Of a stretch of DNA of 64,000 nt, positions 39,435 to 50,695 are shown piece after piece. Source of the DNA: Synechococcus sp. (GTDB lineage Bacteria; Cyanobacteriota; Cyanobacteriia; Thermostichales; PCC-7336); NCBI GenBank assembly GCA_051439605.1, contig JBFRWN010000013.1:32001-96000 (forward strand). Reading direction: 5' to 3'. Below the pieces are notes generated by a model, which was not told where the DNA came from, searched no databases, and saw only the letters and a program-made list of their open reading frames with translations. Position 1 is the first letter of the stretch; every line of letters starts with the position of its first letter. Both the position numbers and the translations under genes were made by a program.

Positions 39435-41891
39435 GTGAAAATACTGCTCGTTGAAAACGATCCTCATCTTGCCGAGCGCTTGGAGAGAGCTCTGGCAAAA
39501 GAGAACTATGTAGTCGATTTGGCCCAAACAGCTGCCGAAGCAGAGGGGTTTGCGGACACGTTAGATTACGATCTGGTGCTGACAGAAGCTGACCAGACGC
39601 GGATTGATGGCATCATCCTTTGCAAACATCTGAGGGCACAGGGTAAACACATGCCCATCATGCTCTTGGTGGAGCGGGGGGATGGAGATCGGCAGGTGGT
39701 TGGGCTTGATGCAGGGGCTGACGATTACGTGGTCAAACCCTGCGATATTCCGGAACTGTTGGCCCGCATTCGTGCCCTGCTTAGGCGAGGCAACACCACG
39801 TTGATGGAGGTGTTGGAGTGGCGCCAGCTGAGAATGGACACGGGTTCTTGCAAGGTAGCCTTTGGCAACCGATCCATCAATCTCACCCGCAAGGAATACG
39901 GCATTCTCGAACTGTTTATGCGCAACAGTCGCCGTATCTACAGCCAACAGGCTCTGCTCGATTTATTGTGGTCCTTTGAAGAGCCTCCGGGGGAAAACAC
40001 GGTTCGCGCTCATATCAAAAGTTTGCGCCAAAAACTCAAGAAAGCGGGAGCCCCATCCGATTTCATCGAAACGGTATACGGCCTGGGATATCGACTACGG
40101 CAACCCTCAGAAGCAGAAGCCCGAGCCCCCTCCCCCGCAAATCAGTCCCCCTCATCAATCAATCCCAGCTCAACTGCTCCGTCCGCACCGTTGCCCTCAC
40201 CTACGACCCAAGTTTCAACCTCAGAGCAGTTAGACCCCGAGTTGGCTGATATCTGGCAGCAAGCTAAAGCTCATATCCTGGAGCGACTAGCTACGATCCA
40301 GGCGGCGATCGCAGCCATAGAGACTCAAACTCTAACCCAGCAACAACGCAAAGCTGCCCATCAACAGGCTCATACTTTGGTTGGATCCCTAGGGGCATTG
40401 GGGCTGCCCTACAGTTCTCAATTGGTGCGCACTGTCCAGCAATGCCTTCACCCCGATCGCACTCTGGATACCGAAACAGTCAACACCCTCAAGTGCACCT
40501 TTGCAGACCTTAGCGCAGCCATCGAGCGTGTTTCAATCAGTAACCCCCTCCAGTTAGATGTTGACAAGAATCGAGAGGTGACTTCAAGCCAAGTCTCTCC
40601 AACTCATGGCTCCTTGAACAACCGGCAGGAGGTCCAATCATCTGTCTTTTCCCCACTACCTAAACCCCCAAACGGCGGCCATCAGCTGCTGATTGTTGAT
40701 GACGATCTAGACTTAGCTGCACTCGTGAGCCTAGAAGCTGGGGGGTGGGGCATCCAAACGCGAACAGCCAACAGCATTGCTGAGGCGCGCGCTGCAATTG
40801 CCACCCAAACTCCCGATGTCATTCTGTTGGATCTGGGTTTTCCCGACACGGCTGAATCGGGTTTTACCCTCCTAGAGGAGTTGGTTACCCGTGCTGCACA
40901 AATACCCGTATTGGTATTTACTGCGGCTGAAGATTTCATTACCCGCGTCAAGGTGGCCCGCTTAGGGGGCCAAGCATTCCTCCAAAAGCCCATCCGTCCC
41001 CGGCAAGTCCTAGAGGCGGTCACCCAAATTCTGGATCGTCAAGAGGAGGCCGATGCAACAATTGTGGTGGTGGACACCGATCCTCAAACTCTTGATAGCA
41101 TCCGCACTCTACTTCAACCCTGGGGATTTCAGTTAATACTGTTGGACGATCCCAGGGAATTTTGGGACACGCTGGTGGCTGTTGGTCCCGACCTACTCAT
41201 TTTGGCCAGTCAGATGCCCGAGATTGGTGGAATTGACTTATGTCAAGTGGTTCGTAACGATCCACAGTGGGGGGGGGTGCCCGTTCTGTTTTTAGCAGAG
41301 AACATCAGTGCCGCTGAGACTAACATTCTCTTTGCTGCGGGGGGAAGCGACTACATCCGCAAACCTATTGCTGAATCCGAACTGGTGGCTCGCGTTCTAT
41401 CTCAACTGGAACGCACCTCCGTACATTCCTATCGCGATAGCCTGGATCCTTTCACAGGTGTGATGGGTAGGCGGCGAGCAATCCGAGAATTTTCTCGCCT
41501 GATTTATTTAGCCAGTCGACACCATCACCCCCTTACCCTTGCCGTTGTAAAGATTAATAATTTCAAAGACATCGAGCAACAGTATGGCCGCAGTATAAGT
41601 CATCAAATTCTAAAAAGGTTGGCCGAAGAGCTGCAGAGCAGTTTCAGACAGGGGGATATTGTTGCTCGATGGGACACGAACCAGTTTGCAGTGTGTACGT
41701 ACGATATGGACCGGTTCAACGGAATTCGTCGTATGTCCTCTATCTTGGGACGACTGCAATTACAGGAATTTCGCGATCGAGAAGAAAGATTCAAAATAGA
41801 GCTTAGCTGCGGAATTGCTGAATATGGGGAAAGCAGCCAAGACCTCTACGGTCTTTTTCGAGCTGCTAGCCAATCCCTCGCCTCAGTCTAA
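39435..41891 (+). CDS. Multidomain response regulator REC-wHTH-HPt-REC-REC-degenerate GGDEF
   Basis: OmpR-like N-terminus (GADDYVVKP, IETVYGLGYRL), HPt AHTLVGS, two further REC domains, and a C-terminal DPFTG...ARWDTNQF...SCGIA. Confidence 0.88.
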   Translation: MKILLVENDPHLAERLERALAKENYVVDLAQTAAEAEGFADTLDYDLVLTEADQTRIDGIILCKHLRAQGKHMPIMLLVERGDGDRQVVGLDAGADDYVVKPCDIPELLARIRALLRRGNTTLMEVLEWRQLRMDTGSCKVAFGNRSINLTRKEYGILELFMRNSRRIYSQQALLDLLWSFEEPPGENTVRAHIKSLRQKLKKAGAPSDFIETVYGLGYRLRQPSEAEARAPSPANQSPSSINPSSTAPSAPLPSPTTQVSTSEQLDPELADIWQQAKAHILERLATIQAAIAAIETQTLTQQQRKAAHQQAHTLVGSLGALGLPYSSQLVRTVQQCLHPDRTLDTETVNTLKCTFADLSAAIERVSISNPLQLDVDKNREVTSSQVSPTHGSLNNRQEVQSSVFSPLPKPPNGGHQLLIVDDDLDLAALVSLEAGGWGIQTRTANSIAEARAAIATQTPDVILLDLGFPDTAESGFTLLEELVTRAAQIPVLVFTAAEDFITRVKVARLGGQAFLQKPIRPRQVLEAVTQILDRQEEADATIVVVDTDPQTLDSIRTLLQPWGFQLILLDDPREFWDTLVAVGPDLLILASQMPEIGGIDLCQVVRNDPQWGGVPVLFLAENISAAETNILFAAGGSDYIRKPIAESELVARVLSQLERTSVHSYRDSLDPFTGVMGRRRAIREFSRLIYLASRHHHPLTLAVVKINNFKDIEQQYGRSISHQILKRLAEELQSSFRQGDIVARWDTNQFAVCTYDMDRFNGIRRMSSILGRLQLQEFRDREERFKIELSCGIAEYGESSQDLYGLFRAASQSLASV

Positions 41892-42149
41892 GTAGCCAAC
41901 AAACCTAAGACTAAAAGCTCAACATGGCCAACGAGGGAAAGAAACATGCCTGCTGAAAGAAGTTTTTGCCTGATATCGAACAACCACGACAATGTGTCGT
42001 AGAATTCTACCCAGAGAGTTCTTTGACCGATCTAGTCAAAATATCTTTCCACCTTTTCTGAAGGCTGTTGAGCTGATGGGCTTTGACTTGTCACTCCTTT
42101 TTAAGCCTTTTGATATGCAACCGTCAGTTTCGATCTTCAAGAGAACGTA

Positions 42150-42542
42150 ATGAAATCTATGTTGTCCTTTGTTCGTCGCCTGGGCGCCCTAGTTGCAGCC
42201 GTTGCTTTGGTTGCAACCTCTATTTTGGCTCAGCCGGCAGCTGCAGAAACCTACACCGTTAAAATGGGTGCTGACAATGGCATGTTGGTATTTGACCCCA
42301 GCACTCTCACCATTAAGTCTGGTGATACCGTAAAGTGGGTCAACAACAAGGCTTTCCCCCACAACGTCGTGTTTGAAGCTAGCGCTCCCGAGTCCGTTCA
42401 GAAGCACTCTCACAAGCAGCTAGCTGCAGCTCCGGGTCAGGAATTCGTCGAAACCTTCGATGGTGTTGAGCCCGGTACCTATACCTACTACTGCGTTCCC
42501 CATCGCGGTGCTGGCATGGTCGGTAAGATTATCGTTGAGTAG
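42150..42542 (+). CDS. petE: Plastocyanin
   Basis: Signal peptide ending [31 protein letters not shown] copper ligands. Confidence 0.97.
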   Translation: MKSMLSFVRRLGALVAAVALVATSILAQPAAAETYTVKMGADNGMLVFDPSTLTIKSGDTVKWVNNKAFPHNVVFEASAPESVQKHSHKQLAAAPGQEFVETFDGVEPGTYTYYCVPHRGAGMVGKIIVE

Positions 42543-42637
42543 CCTGACACTCAATTCCATCGCTAGCTTTGCAGACTCTGTCGATCCTCTAAAAGGAGGA
42601 TATGTGTACCTTACAAGCTGATTAACGACATTTTGAT

Positions 42638-42675
42638 AGTAAAGGCAGGCCATTTAGACCTGCCTTTACTTTTTT
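42638..42675 (+). terminator. Intrinsic terminator after petE
   Basis: AGTAAAGGCAGG...CCTGCCTTTACT stem followed by a T-run. Confidence 0.8.
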
Positions 42676-42873
42676 AGTTTTATTGTTGAAAATTTCAATC
42701 TTTTCGAGGAATAGCCCCAAAAGGATGTAAGCCTGTCCCCTCGATGACCACAGGTCAGGCATACAATAAACTTAGCGCGGAAGGAAATTGTGGGTTTTCG
42801 CAGGAATTGCTTCCTGTTAGTCGGCATCTTGACCTGAAGCGTATGCCAGCTAAGTTATTTCAAAGGAACACCT

Positions 42874-44082
42874 ATGAGAGGCGGGCTCCGCATCGGAAGC
42901 CTTTTCGGCATTCCCCTATACATCAACTACACCTGGTTTTTTATTGTGGCGTTGTTGACTTTGTCGGATGCCATCAATCTCAGCCAAATCTATCCCGATT
43001 GGTCCATTGCTGCGACTACTTTGGTGGGTTTAGCAACCTCCTTGGGTCTATTTGGATCGGTTCTAGCCCACGAACTTGCCCATAGCTTGGTGGCTCAATC
43101 CCTGGGGATTTCTGTCAAGTCGATCACTCTATTTATTTTTGGGGGAATGGCCACCATCGAGCGGGAGGCCAACGACCCTTGGTCAGCTTTGAAAGTGGCG
43201 ATCGCCGGTCCACTCCTTAGCTTTTCCCTTTTTCTCTCCCTCAAAGGAGTTCAACTGTCCCATTGGTTGGATGGAAATATTGCCTTGGGTATGTGGGTGT
43301 CCACCATTGCTTGGGCCAATCTAATTCTTGCCTTGTTCAATCTCATTCCTGGTTTGCCATTGGATGGCGGACAAATTTTGAAAGCACTCATTTGGGCCAA
43401 AACGGGTAGTCGGCAATCTGGTTTAAAGTGGGCAGCCCGTTCGGGTCAGTTTTTGGGGTGGGGGGCAATCGGTTGGGGATTGTTGATTACATTCCAAGAA
43501 GGAATTTTTTCTGGGATGTGGATTGGTTTGATTGGTCTGTTTGTCCTCAACAGTGCCCGCCGCTATTCCCAATATCTACAGCTTGTTCAAGTGCTGTCCT
43601 CTCTGTCCGTTAAAGACGTTATGAGCCGAAACTTTCGCGTTGTGGATGTAGAGATGTCCCTGCGAGAATTTGCAGAACGCTATTTATTATTAGCGGATGA
43701 GCGGGAGGTTTACTTCGCTGATTGTGATGGTCGATACAAGGGCCTTGTTCAGCAAGAAGCAATGCGCTCAATTGAGCGTAGCCGCTGGGATGGTGATAAC
43801 TTGTACGCTATTCTCACTCCGATGGGGGAGCTAGAGGGGGTGCAAGAGGAAATGACACTCCCAGAAGCAATTCGCCTGCTGAAGCAGGATGGTTGTAGTT
43901 GGATTCCTGTTTTCACTCCAACGGGAGCGATTGCAGGCACCATCGACAAACGCGATGTAGTGCGCAGCTTGGGAGAGCGTTTGGGCATTTCCCTCTCCCC
44001 CGAGTTACTTAAGCAAGTGAACGATACCAACGAATTTCCAGCTGGTTTCCCTATCGATCTTGAAATGGATGCCGTGGATTAG
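42874..44082 (+). CDS. Site-2 protease (M50) with CBS domains
   Basis: HELAH zinc motif, AIAGP, FNLIPGLPLDGG, C-terminal CBS pair. Confidence 0.92.
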   Translation: MRGGLRIGSLFGIPLYINYTWFFIVALLTLSDAINLSQIYPDWSIAATTLVGLATSLGLFGSVLAHELAHSLVAQSLGISVKSITLFIFGGMATIEREANDPWSALKVAIAGPLLSFSLFLSLKGVQLSHWLDGNIALGMWVSTIAWANLILALFNLIPGLPLDGGQILKALIWAKTGSRQSGLKWAARSGQFLGWGAIGWGLLITFQEGIFSGMWIGLIGLFVLNSARRYSQYLQLVQVLSSLSVKDVMSRNFRVVDVEMSLREFAERYLLLADEREVYFADCDGRYKGLVQQEAMRSIERSRWDGDNLYAILTPMGELEGVQEEMTLPEAIRLLKQDGCSWIPVFTPTGAIAGTIDKRDVVRSLGERLGISLSPELLKQVNDTNEFPAGFPIDLEMDAVD

Positions 44083-44260
44083 CTACATTCCTCAGGTCTG
44101 CTTGGCAGTCGGTCTTCTTACCTGCAAGACATGTCTGATTGAGCCGCAGGCATACTCCAAATTATTGGAGAGCTTTCAAGATTCAATACAATTTCTAGCG
44201 ACCATCACCTACTATATGTAGAGCTTTACAACTTATATTCTCTTTACCAAGCACTATTTC

Positions 44261-46171
44261 TTGTTCGGTACACTGGAAGCATCTATTCTTCACCATTGCC
44301 GGATCGATATTGCCGTGGATGACTCTAGAGATAGCTCGGGCCCCTCTGACACCTGCAACGATTCTACTTGCCCCACTTCACCTTCCGATCTCCATCTCAA
44401 GCGACGCTTGTTGGTGTCTGGAATGATTTTCTTTGTGGGTTTCGCTATTGCAGCAGCCCGTATGGTGGAACTGCAGGTGATACAACGACAATACTGGCAG
44501 GAGAGAGCCGGACGACAACAAAATATTTCCATTCGCATGCCCAGATTTCGTCGCACGGTTGTCGATCGCCATTCAGTATTCAGTCCCCATTCAGAAATCT
44601 TGGCAATCGATCGACTCACCTATCAATTGTGGAGTCGTCCGTCCCTCTATGTCGATAATGAAACCTATTCCTCCAAGCAGATTTTGATGGAGGCATTATC
44701 TCCCTTTCTTGAAACCTCCCCAGCTGAATTACGGAAACTTTTGGACCGTCCTCAATCTACTCTGCTGGGAGAGAAATTATCCGAAAGCGAAGCACAGCGA
44801 ATCAAGACAGCAGTCGGCCATGTCAACGGTGTGGAACTGACGCCCATCATCGAGCGCAAATACCCACAAGGTTCAGATGCGGCAGAGGTGGTGGGCTACG
44901 TCAGACTGGATCTCGAACGACGCGGCCAGGCTGGAGTTGAATTGGCTTGGCAAGACATTTTGGAGTTACAGCCCGCAGAATCCTTGACTGTGACAACTGA
45001 TGCCAGCCGGAATGTCTTGGCCGATGCTGCGCAGACCCCCATGATGATTACTGACGAGCAGGCTTTGCAGTTAACGCTGGATATGAGACTGCAGCGGACA
45101 GCACGGGAGGCTTTACGAGATGCCTATGACAAATTTGGCGCAAAGCGGGGGGCTGCAATTGTACTGAACCCCCATACCGGTGAAATTCTAGCAATGGCCA
45201 GCGAGCCCACTTACGATCCCAATTATTTTTACCGTACAAAAGAAGAGGACTTTCATTTTTTTCGCAATTGGGCGGTAAGCGACCTCTACGAACCAGGCTC
45301 GACGTTTAAACCCATTACGGTTGCTCTAGCTCTCGAAGCGGGGGCGATTTCAGCCCGCGATTTTGTCGACGATGCTGGTCGCTTAATCGTAGGGGGGTGG
45401 CCCATTCATAATTACGACTATGCAGTCCGAGGGGCTCCCGGTCCGATTTCTATTAGCGAAGTTCTGCAGCGTTCGAGCAATGTCGGCACCATCCGGATTG
45501 TCGAACGATTGGGTCGGAGGGGGTTTTACGCTGGGTTACGTGATATGGGGCTTGGGGGACGCAGTAATATTGATTTACCTTTTGAACCCAACAGCAGCTT
45601 AAAAAATCGCTGGCAGTTTCTCAGCTATCGGGTGGAGGCGGCCACCACAGGATTCGGTCAGGGGGTTTCAGTCACCCCCCTTCAGTTGGCCCAATTGCAT
45701 GCAGCGATCGCCAATGGAGGCTATGTAGTGACACCTCATGTCGTCCAAGGATTGGTCGATCTCGATAGCGATCGTCTCGAACGATTTACGCAGCCCGGTC
45801 GAGAAAGGGTTCTATCCCCCGAAACAACACGGGCCGTTCGGGAAATGATGTTAGACGTGGTGGAATTGGGAACTGGCCAAACCGTCGCTATTCCCGGCTA
45901 TGACATTGCTGGAAAGACCGGTACCGCTCAGAAAGCCAACCCCAATGGCGGAGGATATCTTCCCCCCAGCGAGCGTATCACGAGTTTTGTGGGGTATTTC
46001 CCTGCGCTTGAGCCGCAATACGTCATCCTGGCAGTGGTGGATAACCCTAAGGGTGACAATGCCTTCGGATCTACCGTCGCGGCTCCGATCGTCAAAACCA
46101 TTATTGAGGACATTGTGGCGAGGGAGGTGCTGCAACCCAAGGTGCACGCAGCGGTCGATCCAGATGAGTAA
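44261..46171 (+). CDS. Class B penicillin-binding protein (FtsI-like)
   Basis: TM anchor, YEPGSTFK (SxxK), SSN, KTGTAQK. Start uncertain. Confidence 0.92.
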   Translation: MFGTLEASILHHCRIDIAVDDSRDSSGPSDTCNDSTCPTSPSDLHLKRRLLVSGMIFFVGFAIAAARMVELQVIQRQYWQERAGRQQNISIRMPRFRRTVVDRHSVFSPHSEILAIDRLTYQLWSRPSLYVDNETYSSKQILMEALSPFLETSPAELRKLLDRPQSTLLGEKLSESEAQRIKTAVGHVNGVELTPIIERKYPQGSDAAEVVGYVRLDLERRGQAGVELAWQDILELQPAESLTVTTDASRNVLADAAQTPMMITDEQALQLTLDMRLQRTAREALRDAYDKFGAKRGAAIVLNPHTGEILAMASEPTYDPNYFYRTKEEDFHFFRNWAVSDLYEPGSTFKPITVALALEAGAISARDFVDDAGRLIVGGWPIHNYDYAVRGAPGPISISEVLQRSSNVGTIRIVERLGRRGFYAGLRDMGLGGRSNIDLPFEPNSSLKNRWQFLSYRVEAATTGFGQGVSVTPLQLAQLHAAIANGGYVVTPHVVQGLVDLDSDRLERFTQPGRERVLSPETTRAVREMMLDVVELGTGQTVAIPGYDIAGKTGTAQKANPNGGGYLPPSERITSFVGYFPALEPQYVILAVVDNPKGDNAFGSTVAAPIVKTIIEDIVAREVLQPKVHAAVDPDE

Positions 46172-46239
46172 CTGGGTGGGCTAACAGATGGTCTTTTCGC
46201 CTCATCCTTAAGCATCGGAGTTTCCACAGTCACTTGGGC

Positions 46240-47760
46240 CTAGGTAGAGCTGCTATGGCCGCCCACATGTAACGTCTTAACCCACCTCATTTGCTTAGCT
46301 CGTACGCACATCTTGGCGGTGGTGAGAATCATCACCGGAATCCAATGGAACATGTAGACAGTTCCCATCAGGGTTTTACTCAGTAATGCCACTCCGGTGA
46401 TTTGATGATGAGTATAGAGACCTCGGGCCATGCTAATGGCACTAAACAGCACAATGACAAGACTCAGAGGCCATAGAACAAATTCATGGCTGTAGAGGGA
46501 CGCCATCACAAAATCTGGCACTGCCGCCATGGGCAGGAGATACTGAATCAGGAAAAAGATGGCCAAGTCGAGAGTTTTAGCGTTGCCCAAACGATTCCTG
46601 AGGATTCCAGGCCAGTAGTCTAGGTAGCGCTGATATCCCCCCTCTGCCCAACGAGTACGCTGTGGCCAGAGGTTGGACCACCTCAAGACCCCTTCCTCCT
46701 GAACTGCAGGACTTGCTAAATAGGCAACATCCTGTTGCAAGAGATGCAGTCTGAAGGTGAGATCGAGGTCGTCGGTAATGGTAGCCTCATTCCAGCCTTT
46801 GACTTTTTCCAGCGCCACTCGCCTCAAGAGTTGTCCGTTTCCGCGGAGCTCGCCAACCCCCCCAATGGCCCGCCTCTGCTGCTGAAAATAACTGTCCAGG
46901 GCCATTTCTGCCACCTGGTTGCCTGTCCAAAAGTTGTTGCTGCCGTTGGCGATCGCCTTACGCACCTGCAAGGCTGCCACTTCGGGTTTCTCTTGGAATA
47001 TAGCCAGCGAACGACGTAAAAAGTCGGGGGGAATCGTTGCATCTGCATCGAGCACCCCAATAATTTCTCCAAACGTGAGGGGGAACACCTCGTTTAAGGC
47101 ACCGGACTTTCCACCACCTGCTCCTTGCGATCGTTGATAAATGCGTAGCTGCGGAAAATCCTTTTGCCACTGTTTGACAACCGCAAAGGTTTCATCTGTA
47201 CTTGCGTCGTCAACGATCCACACCTCGAACAGCTCGCTTGGATAGTCGAGAGCCTGCAAGCTAGCGAGTAATCCGGGAATTACCAGCGCTTCATTTTTGG
47301 CTGGAATCATTAGCGAGACCAGCGGCAGAGTTGAGGCCTCGTGGGTACGTGCTGCAACAGAGTCAGGTATTAAGCTAGGGGATAGGCCATCGGGAGAGCC
47401 TTGATGAGCCCTTTCCGCAGCATGGCTCGCAGCATCAGTAGCACCCGCCGATGAACTTATACTGTTCTGCCGATCGAGCAGCGGGGGAGCCGGGAATGGG
47501 TCTGCTGTCGTTAGGCGTCCTGCATAGACCACCATCCCTGCCGCAAGACCTAAGATAACCCAGCGGGTTTCCGGCACTAAATGCAGGGTAACCACAGCGA
47601 GCCAAACACAAACCAGTACCAAACTAGCCTTTACACGCCTCCGCTCGGACAGGATAAGGGGGGGACTCACATCAATAGCGTCAATGTCGGATCGAAGAGT
47701 GGTCTGGCTCAACACGAATGAAATAACTCCAACGCTTGGTAAGAGGCAAATCCGCCCCAA
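46240..47760 (-). CDS. mgdA: GT2 glycosyltransferase, monoglucosyldiacylglycerol synthase-like
   Basis: PAKNE, GGKSGALN, DAD, GELRGNGQ, TITDDLDL, QRTRWAEGGYQRYLDYW, YM.HW, WVKT.H. Start uncertain. Confidence 0.78.
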   Translation of the reverse strand: MGRICLLPSVGVISFVLSQTTLRSDIDAIDVSPPLILSERRRVKASLVLVCVWLAVVTLHLVPETRWVILGLAAGMVVYAGRLTTADPFPAPPLLDRQNSISSSAGATDAASHAAERAHQGSPDGLSPSLIPDSVAARTHEASTLPLVSLMIPAKNEALVIPGLLASLQALDYPSELFEVWIVDDASTDETFAVVKQWQKDFPQLRIYQRSQGAGGGKSGALNEVFPLTFGEIIGVLDADATIPPDFLRRSLAIFQEKPEVAALQVRKAIANGSNNFWTGNQVAEMALDSYFQQQRRAIGGVGELRGNGQLLRRVALEKVKGWNEATITDDLDLTFRLHLLQQDVAYLASPAVQEEGVLRWSNLWPQRTRWAEGGYQRYLDYWPGILRNRLGNAKTLDLAIFFLIQYLLPMAAVPDFVMASLYSHEFVLWPLSLVIVLFSAISMARGLYTHHQITGVALLSKTLMGTVYMFHWIPVMILTTAKMCVRAKQMRWVKTLHVGGHSSST

Positions 47761-47881
47761 CTACAGTTTAAGGATGACACAGTGTTGAAAAGCAATCAGG
47801 GTCGATACACTTGTTCTGCATCGACCCTGGCGCTTGTACCAATTGAACGAATCTGTGTCCGATTCCTGAAGCGGAACTTAT

Positions 47882-48364
47882 TTATCCTAGATTGCCGCGA
47901 ATTTCCTTGATGACATCATCCTCAAGGACAATCTCTACTCTGAGTTTTTCCCCCAGATTGTCCCCTGGGGACACTCGGCAGAAACTATCTAAATTCGTTT
48001 GCAGAGTGACTTCTTGATTGAGCTCCATGTTGCTAATCTGATTGAGCTGCTGCAGTAGAGCGTTCTTTTGGTTGAGTAGTTTTGACTTTTGGGTGTTGAC
48101 CTGAGCCTTAACGGAGGCAATCTGCTGACTCGCTTCAGGGCCAGCAGGCTGGACAGTTTTCTTTTCAATTTCAGCGATCGCGCGTTTACCCTGAAATTCT
48201 AACTGTTGCAGTTGATTATCTAAGTTTTGAACCTGCGTTTGAACCTGCTCCTGGGTTTTGACTTTAAAAGCATCAGTCACTACGGCTTTGACGATCACAC
48301 TCCGCTTGAGTAGCAGGGATGGTGTTGGGGTATTGTCGTCCATGTATTGCGTAAAGGTATCCAA
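47882..48364 (-). CDS. YlqD family protein
   Basis: LLLKRSV.VKAVVT..FK, coiled coil, GDNL..KL.VEI.LEDD.I.EIRG. Confidence 0.85.
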   Translation of the reverse strand: MDTFTQYMDDNTPTPSLLLKRSVIVKAVVTDAFKVKTQEQVQTQVQNLDNQLQQLEFQGKRAIAEIEKKTVQPAGPEASQQIASVKAQVNTQKSKLLNQKNALLQQLNQISNMELNQEVTLQTNLDSFCRVSPGDNLGEKLRVEIVLEDDVIKEIRGNLG

Positions 48365-48404
48365 GGCTACAAAACAGATCTTAAGAGGTCCTAACTAGAC
48401 TACC

Positions 48405-50351
48405 CTAACCCTGACCGTATAGCTCGGCGATTGTACCAGCGTACTTTTCTGCCACTTGATTGCGCCGGATTTTATAGGTTTGGGTCATCAGACCGTTTTC
48501 GATGGTGAAGGGTTCGTCCACGAAGCGACAATCACCCAGTTGTTCGTCGGGTCGATAGCCGGGGCGCTGTTTAATTCGCTGCTGCAAGTCCTCCAACAGG
48601 GCCCTGCGTAGTTGGGGCTGTGCTAGTAACAGGTCGAGCGCTGCACTGGACTGTAGCCAATCTTGGCGATCGCCGCTGCCGGAGAGGTGGCTTGCCTGTA
48701 CGGCAATCTCATCTCCAAACGTTTGTAACAACGCGGAATGATTAGGGTAGACCAAAGCCGCCAACCGCTTGCGATCTTGTCCAACAACAACAATCTGATC
48801 GACCCAAGCACTCTGAGCACAGACATCCTCAAGGGGCTGAGGCTCGATATTTTCCCCATTGGTCAGCACAATGACGTCTTTGGCACGGCCCGTCAACACT
48901 AACTGGCCATCGGGAGCGATCCATCCAAGATCTCCGGTATCGAACCAGCCATCTTCGGTTAAGACTTTAGCTGTGGCCTCAGGGTTACGATAGTAGCCCC
49001 GCATGATCTGGGGGCCGCGGGCACGCACCACACCTCGCGTTTTTCTGGCCTGCAACATAGAAGTTTGACGGGGTAGTGGGGAGTATGTCTCTGGATGACA
49101 GATTTGAATCTCCGTCTCCTCTAAAGGAAGACCGGAGGTTCCTCTCATGTTGGAATCAGTTCGACGCACAGTTAACACTGGGGATGTTTCTGTCAGGCCG
49201 TAGCCTACCAGAATCTGTATGCCAATGGTTTCGTAAAAAGTTTCTAGATGTCCAGCTAAAGACCCACCCCCACTAACGGCATAGGTAAAATTTGGACCTA
49301 CGGCCTGACGGACTTTACGGTAAACCAGTTGTTCCCCCAGCCAGTGGAAGGGGAGCATAAGCAGCCTTTGCAATTTCGCCAGCAGGGTAACCGCTGGTGT
49401 TAGAGGGTCGGTGTCCAAGGACATATTGTGAATGACACGCCCCAGTTGTATCCACTGGCTGCTGCAGGCAAAACAAAAGGAGATGACCTTTTGAAGGAAT
49501 GGGGATTTCTCGCGAAATTGACGCTGTGCCCCCTCGTAAACGGTTTCCCAGATGCGCGGGACAGCCACCATATAGTGAGGAGCGAGATTCTTGAGGTCGT
49601 CCTTGATAGTTCGTCGGTTGCTGTAAGCCATTTCGCAGCCACGGGATAGCAGGAAATATTCCCCTGCTCGCTCGTAAGAATGCCAGGTGGGCAAAATGCT
49701 CAAAAATCTCTGTCCCGCCTTCACTTCTGGTAAGGCTTTGGCGATCGCCCTGACCTGGTGTATTAAATTGCCGTGGGTCAGCATCACCCCTTTGGGACGG
49801 CCGGTGGTACCTGATGTATAAATGATCGTTGCCACTTGAGATGGCTGGCAATCAGGGGCACAGAGGTCGCTTGCCGCCCCTTTATCCAGCAGCTCTTGAT
49901 ATCCCGTGCATCCCGGAGTCAATTCATCACTGAGTAGAATAACCGTGCGGATATTCCTGCGACGAATGCTGTCCTTGAGCCGTTCGTACGTACTGCGACT
50001 CTCTAGTACAACAGCAGAACTTCCGCTGTGCTCCAGGATGTAATCCAGCTCTGTCAAAGGAGCACTGGCCCCACGAGGGACATCGATCGCACCAACCATC
50101 AGGCTTCCCTGATCGGCAATCAACCAACGTGGGGAGTTGTCAGCAAAGATAGCAATTCTATCGCCAGGTTGTACCCCCAATGCCTGGAGGCCCGAGGCAA
50201 AGTTATGAATGCGATTGTAAAGCTGCTGATAGGTCAGTTTCTGCTCGGGTTGCGCATGAGGGCTCCATAAAGCGAGTTGCTGCGGAAACAATTTGGCATT
50301 GGTAGCCCAGATATCGCTAAGGATGTTTAAGGTCTTTGCAGCAGTTGTCAT
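48405..50351 (-). CDS. aas: Long-chain acyl-ACP/CoA synthetase (Aas-like)
   Basis: IYTSGTTGRPKGVMLTH, GYGLTETSP, GWFDTGDLG, GRAKD..VL.NGENIEPQPLE. ATG at 50351. Confidence 0.88.
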   Translation of the reverse strand: MTTAAKTLNILSDIWATNAKLFPQQLALWSPHAQPEQKLTYQQLYNRIHNFASGLQALGVQPGDRIAIFADNSPRWLIADQGSLMVGAIDVPRGASAPLTELDYILEHSGSSAVVLESRSTYERLKDSIRRRNIRTVILLSDELTPGCTGYQELLDKGAASDLCAPDCQPSQVATIIYTSGTTGRPKGVMLTHGNLIHQVRAIAKALPEVKAGQRFLSILPTWHSYERAGEYFLLSRGCEMAYSNRRTIKDDLKNLAPHYMVAVPRIWETVYEGAQRQFREKSPFLQKVISFCFACSSQWIQLGRVIHNMSLDTDPLTPAVTLLAKLQRLLMLPFHWLGEQLVYRKVRQAVGPNFTYAVSGGGSLAGHLETFYETIGIQILVGYGLTETSPVLTVRRTDSNMRGTSGLPLEETEIQICHPETYSPLPRQTSMLQARKTRGVVRARGPQIMRGYYRNPEATAKVLTEDGWFDTGDLGWIAPDGQLVLTGRAKDVIVLTNGENIEPQPLEDVCAQSAWVDQIVVVGQDRKRLAALVYPNHSALLQTFGDEIAVQASHLSGSGDRQDWLQSSAALDLLLAQPQLRRALLEDLQQRIKQRPGYRPDEQLGDCRFVDEPFTIENGLMTQTYKIRRNQVAEKYAGTIAELYGQG

Positions 50352-50695
50352 ATGAAGTAACGACGACGGGGAATGGGAACTGAATGTGCGAGCAGGGCTG
50401 TCTCCTCGCCGAGGAGCAGATGGCCCAACTATTGCTGAAGTCAAACTAGCCCGGTCATCAAGCCAAGGCAACTCATATCTACGACAAGCCATCGTAATAC
50501 GACAGCCTCAATATAAAGCTAGATTGAGGAGTCCAGAATATCTGTTGAAATTCGAATAACCTAAGTAGCCTGATACTTGCTACATTTCGACAAGACCTTG
50601 CCTGTCGTGCCCGCTTCACGCTGGCCAATTAGCTTTGTTATGTAAATAAATAAACGTACAATCTATTTTCGCCCGTAATCATTCACACCTGCTTC

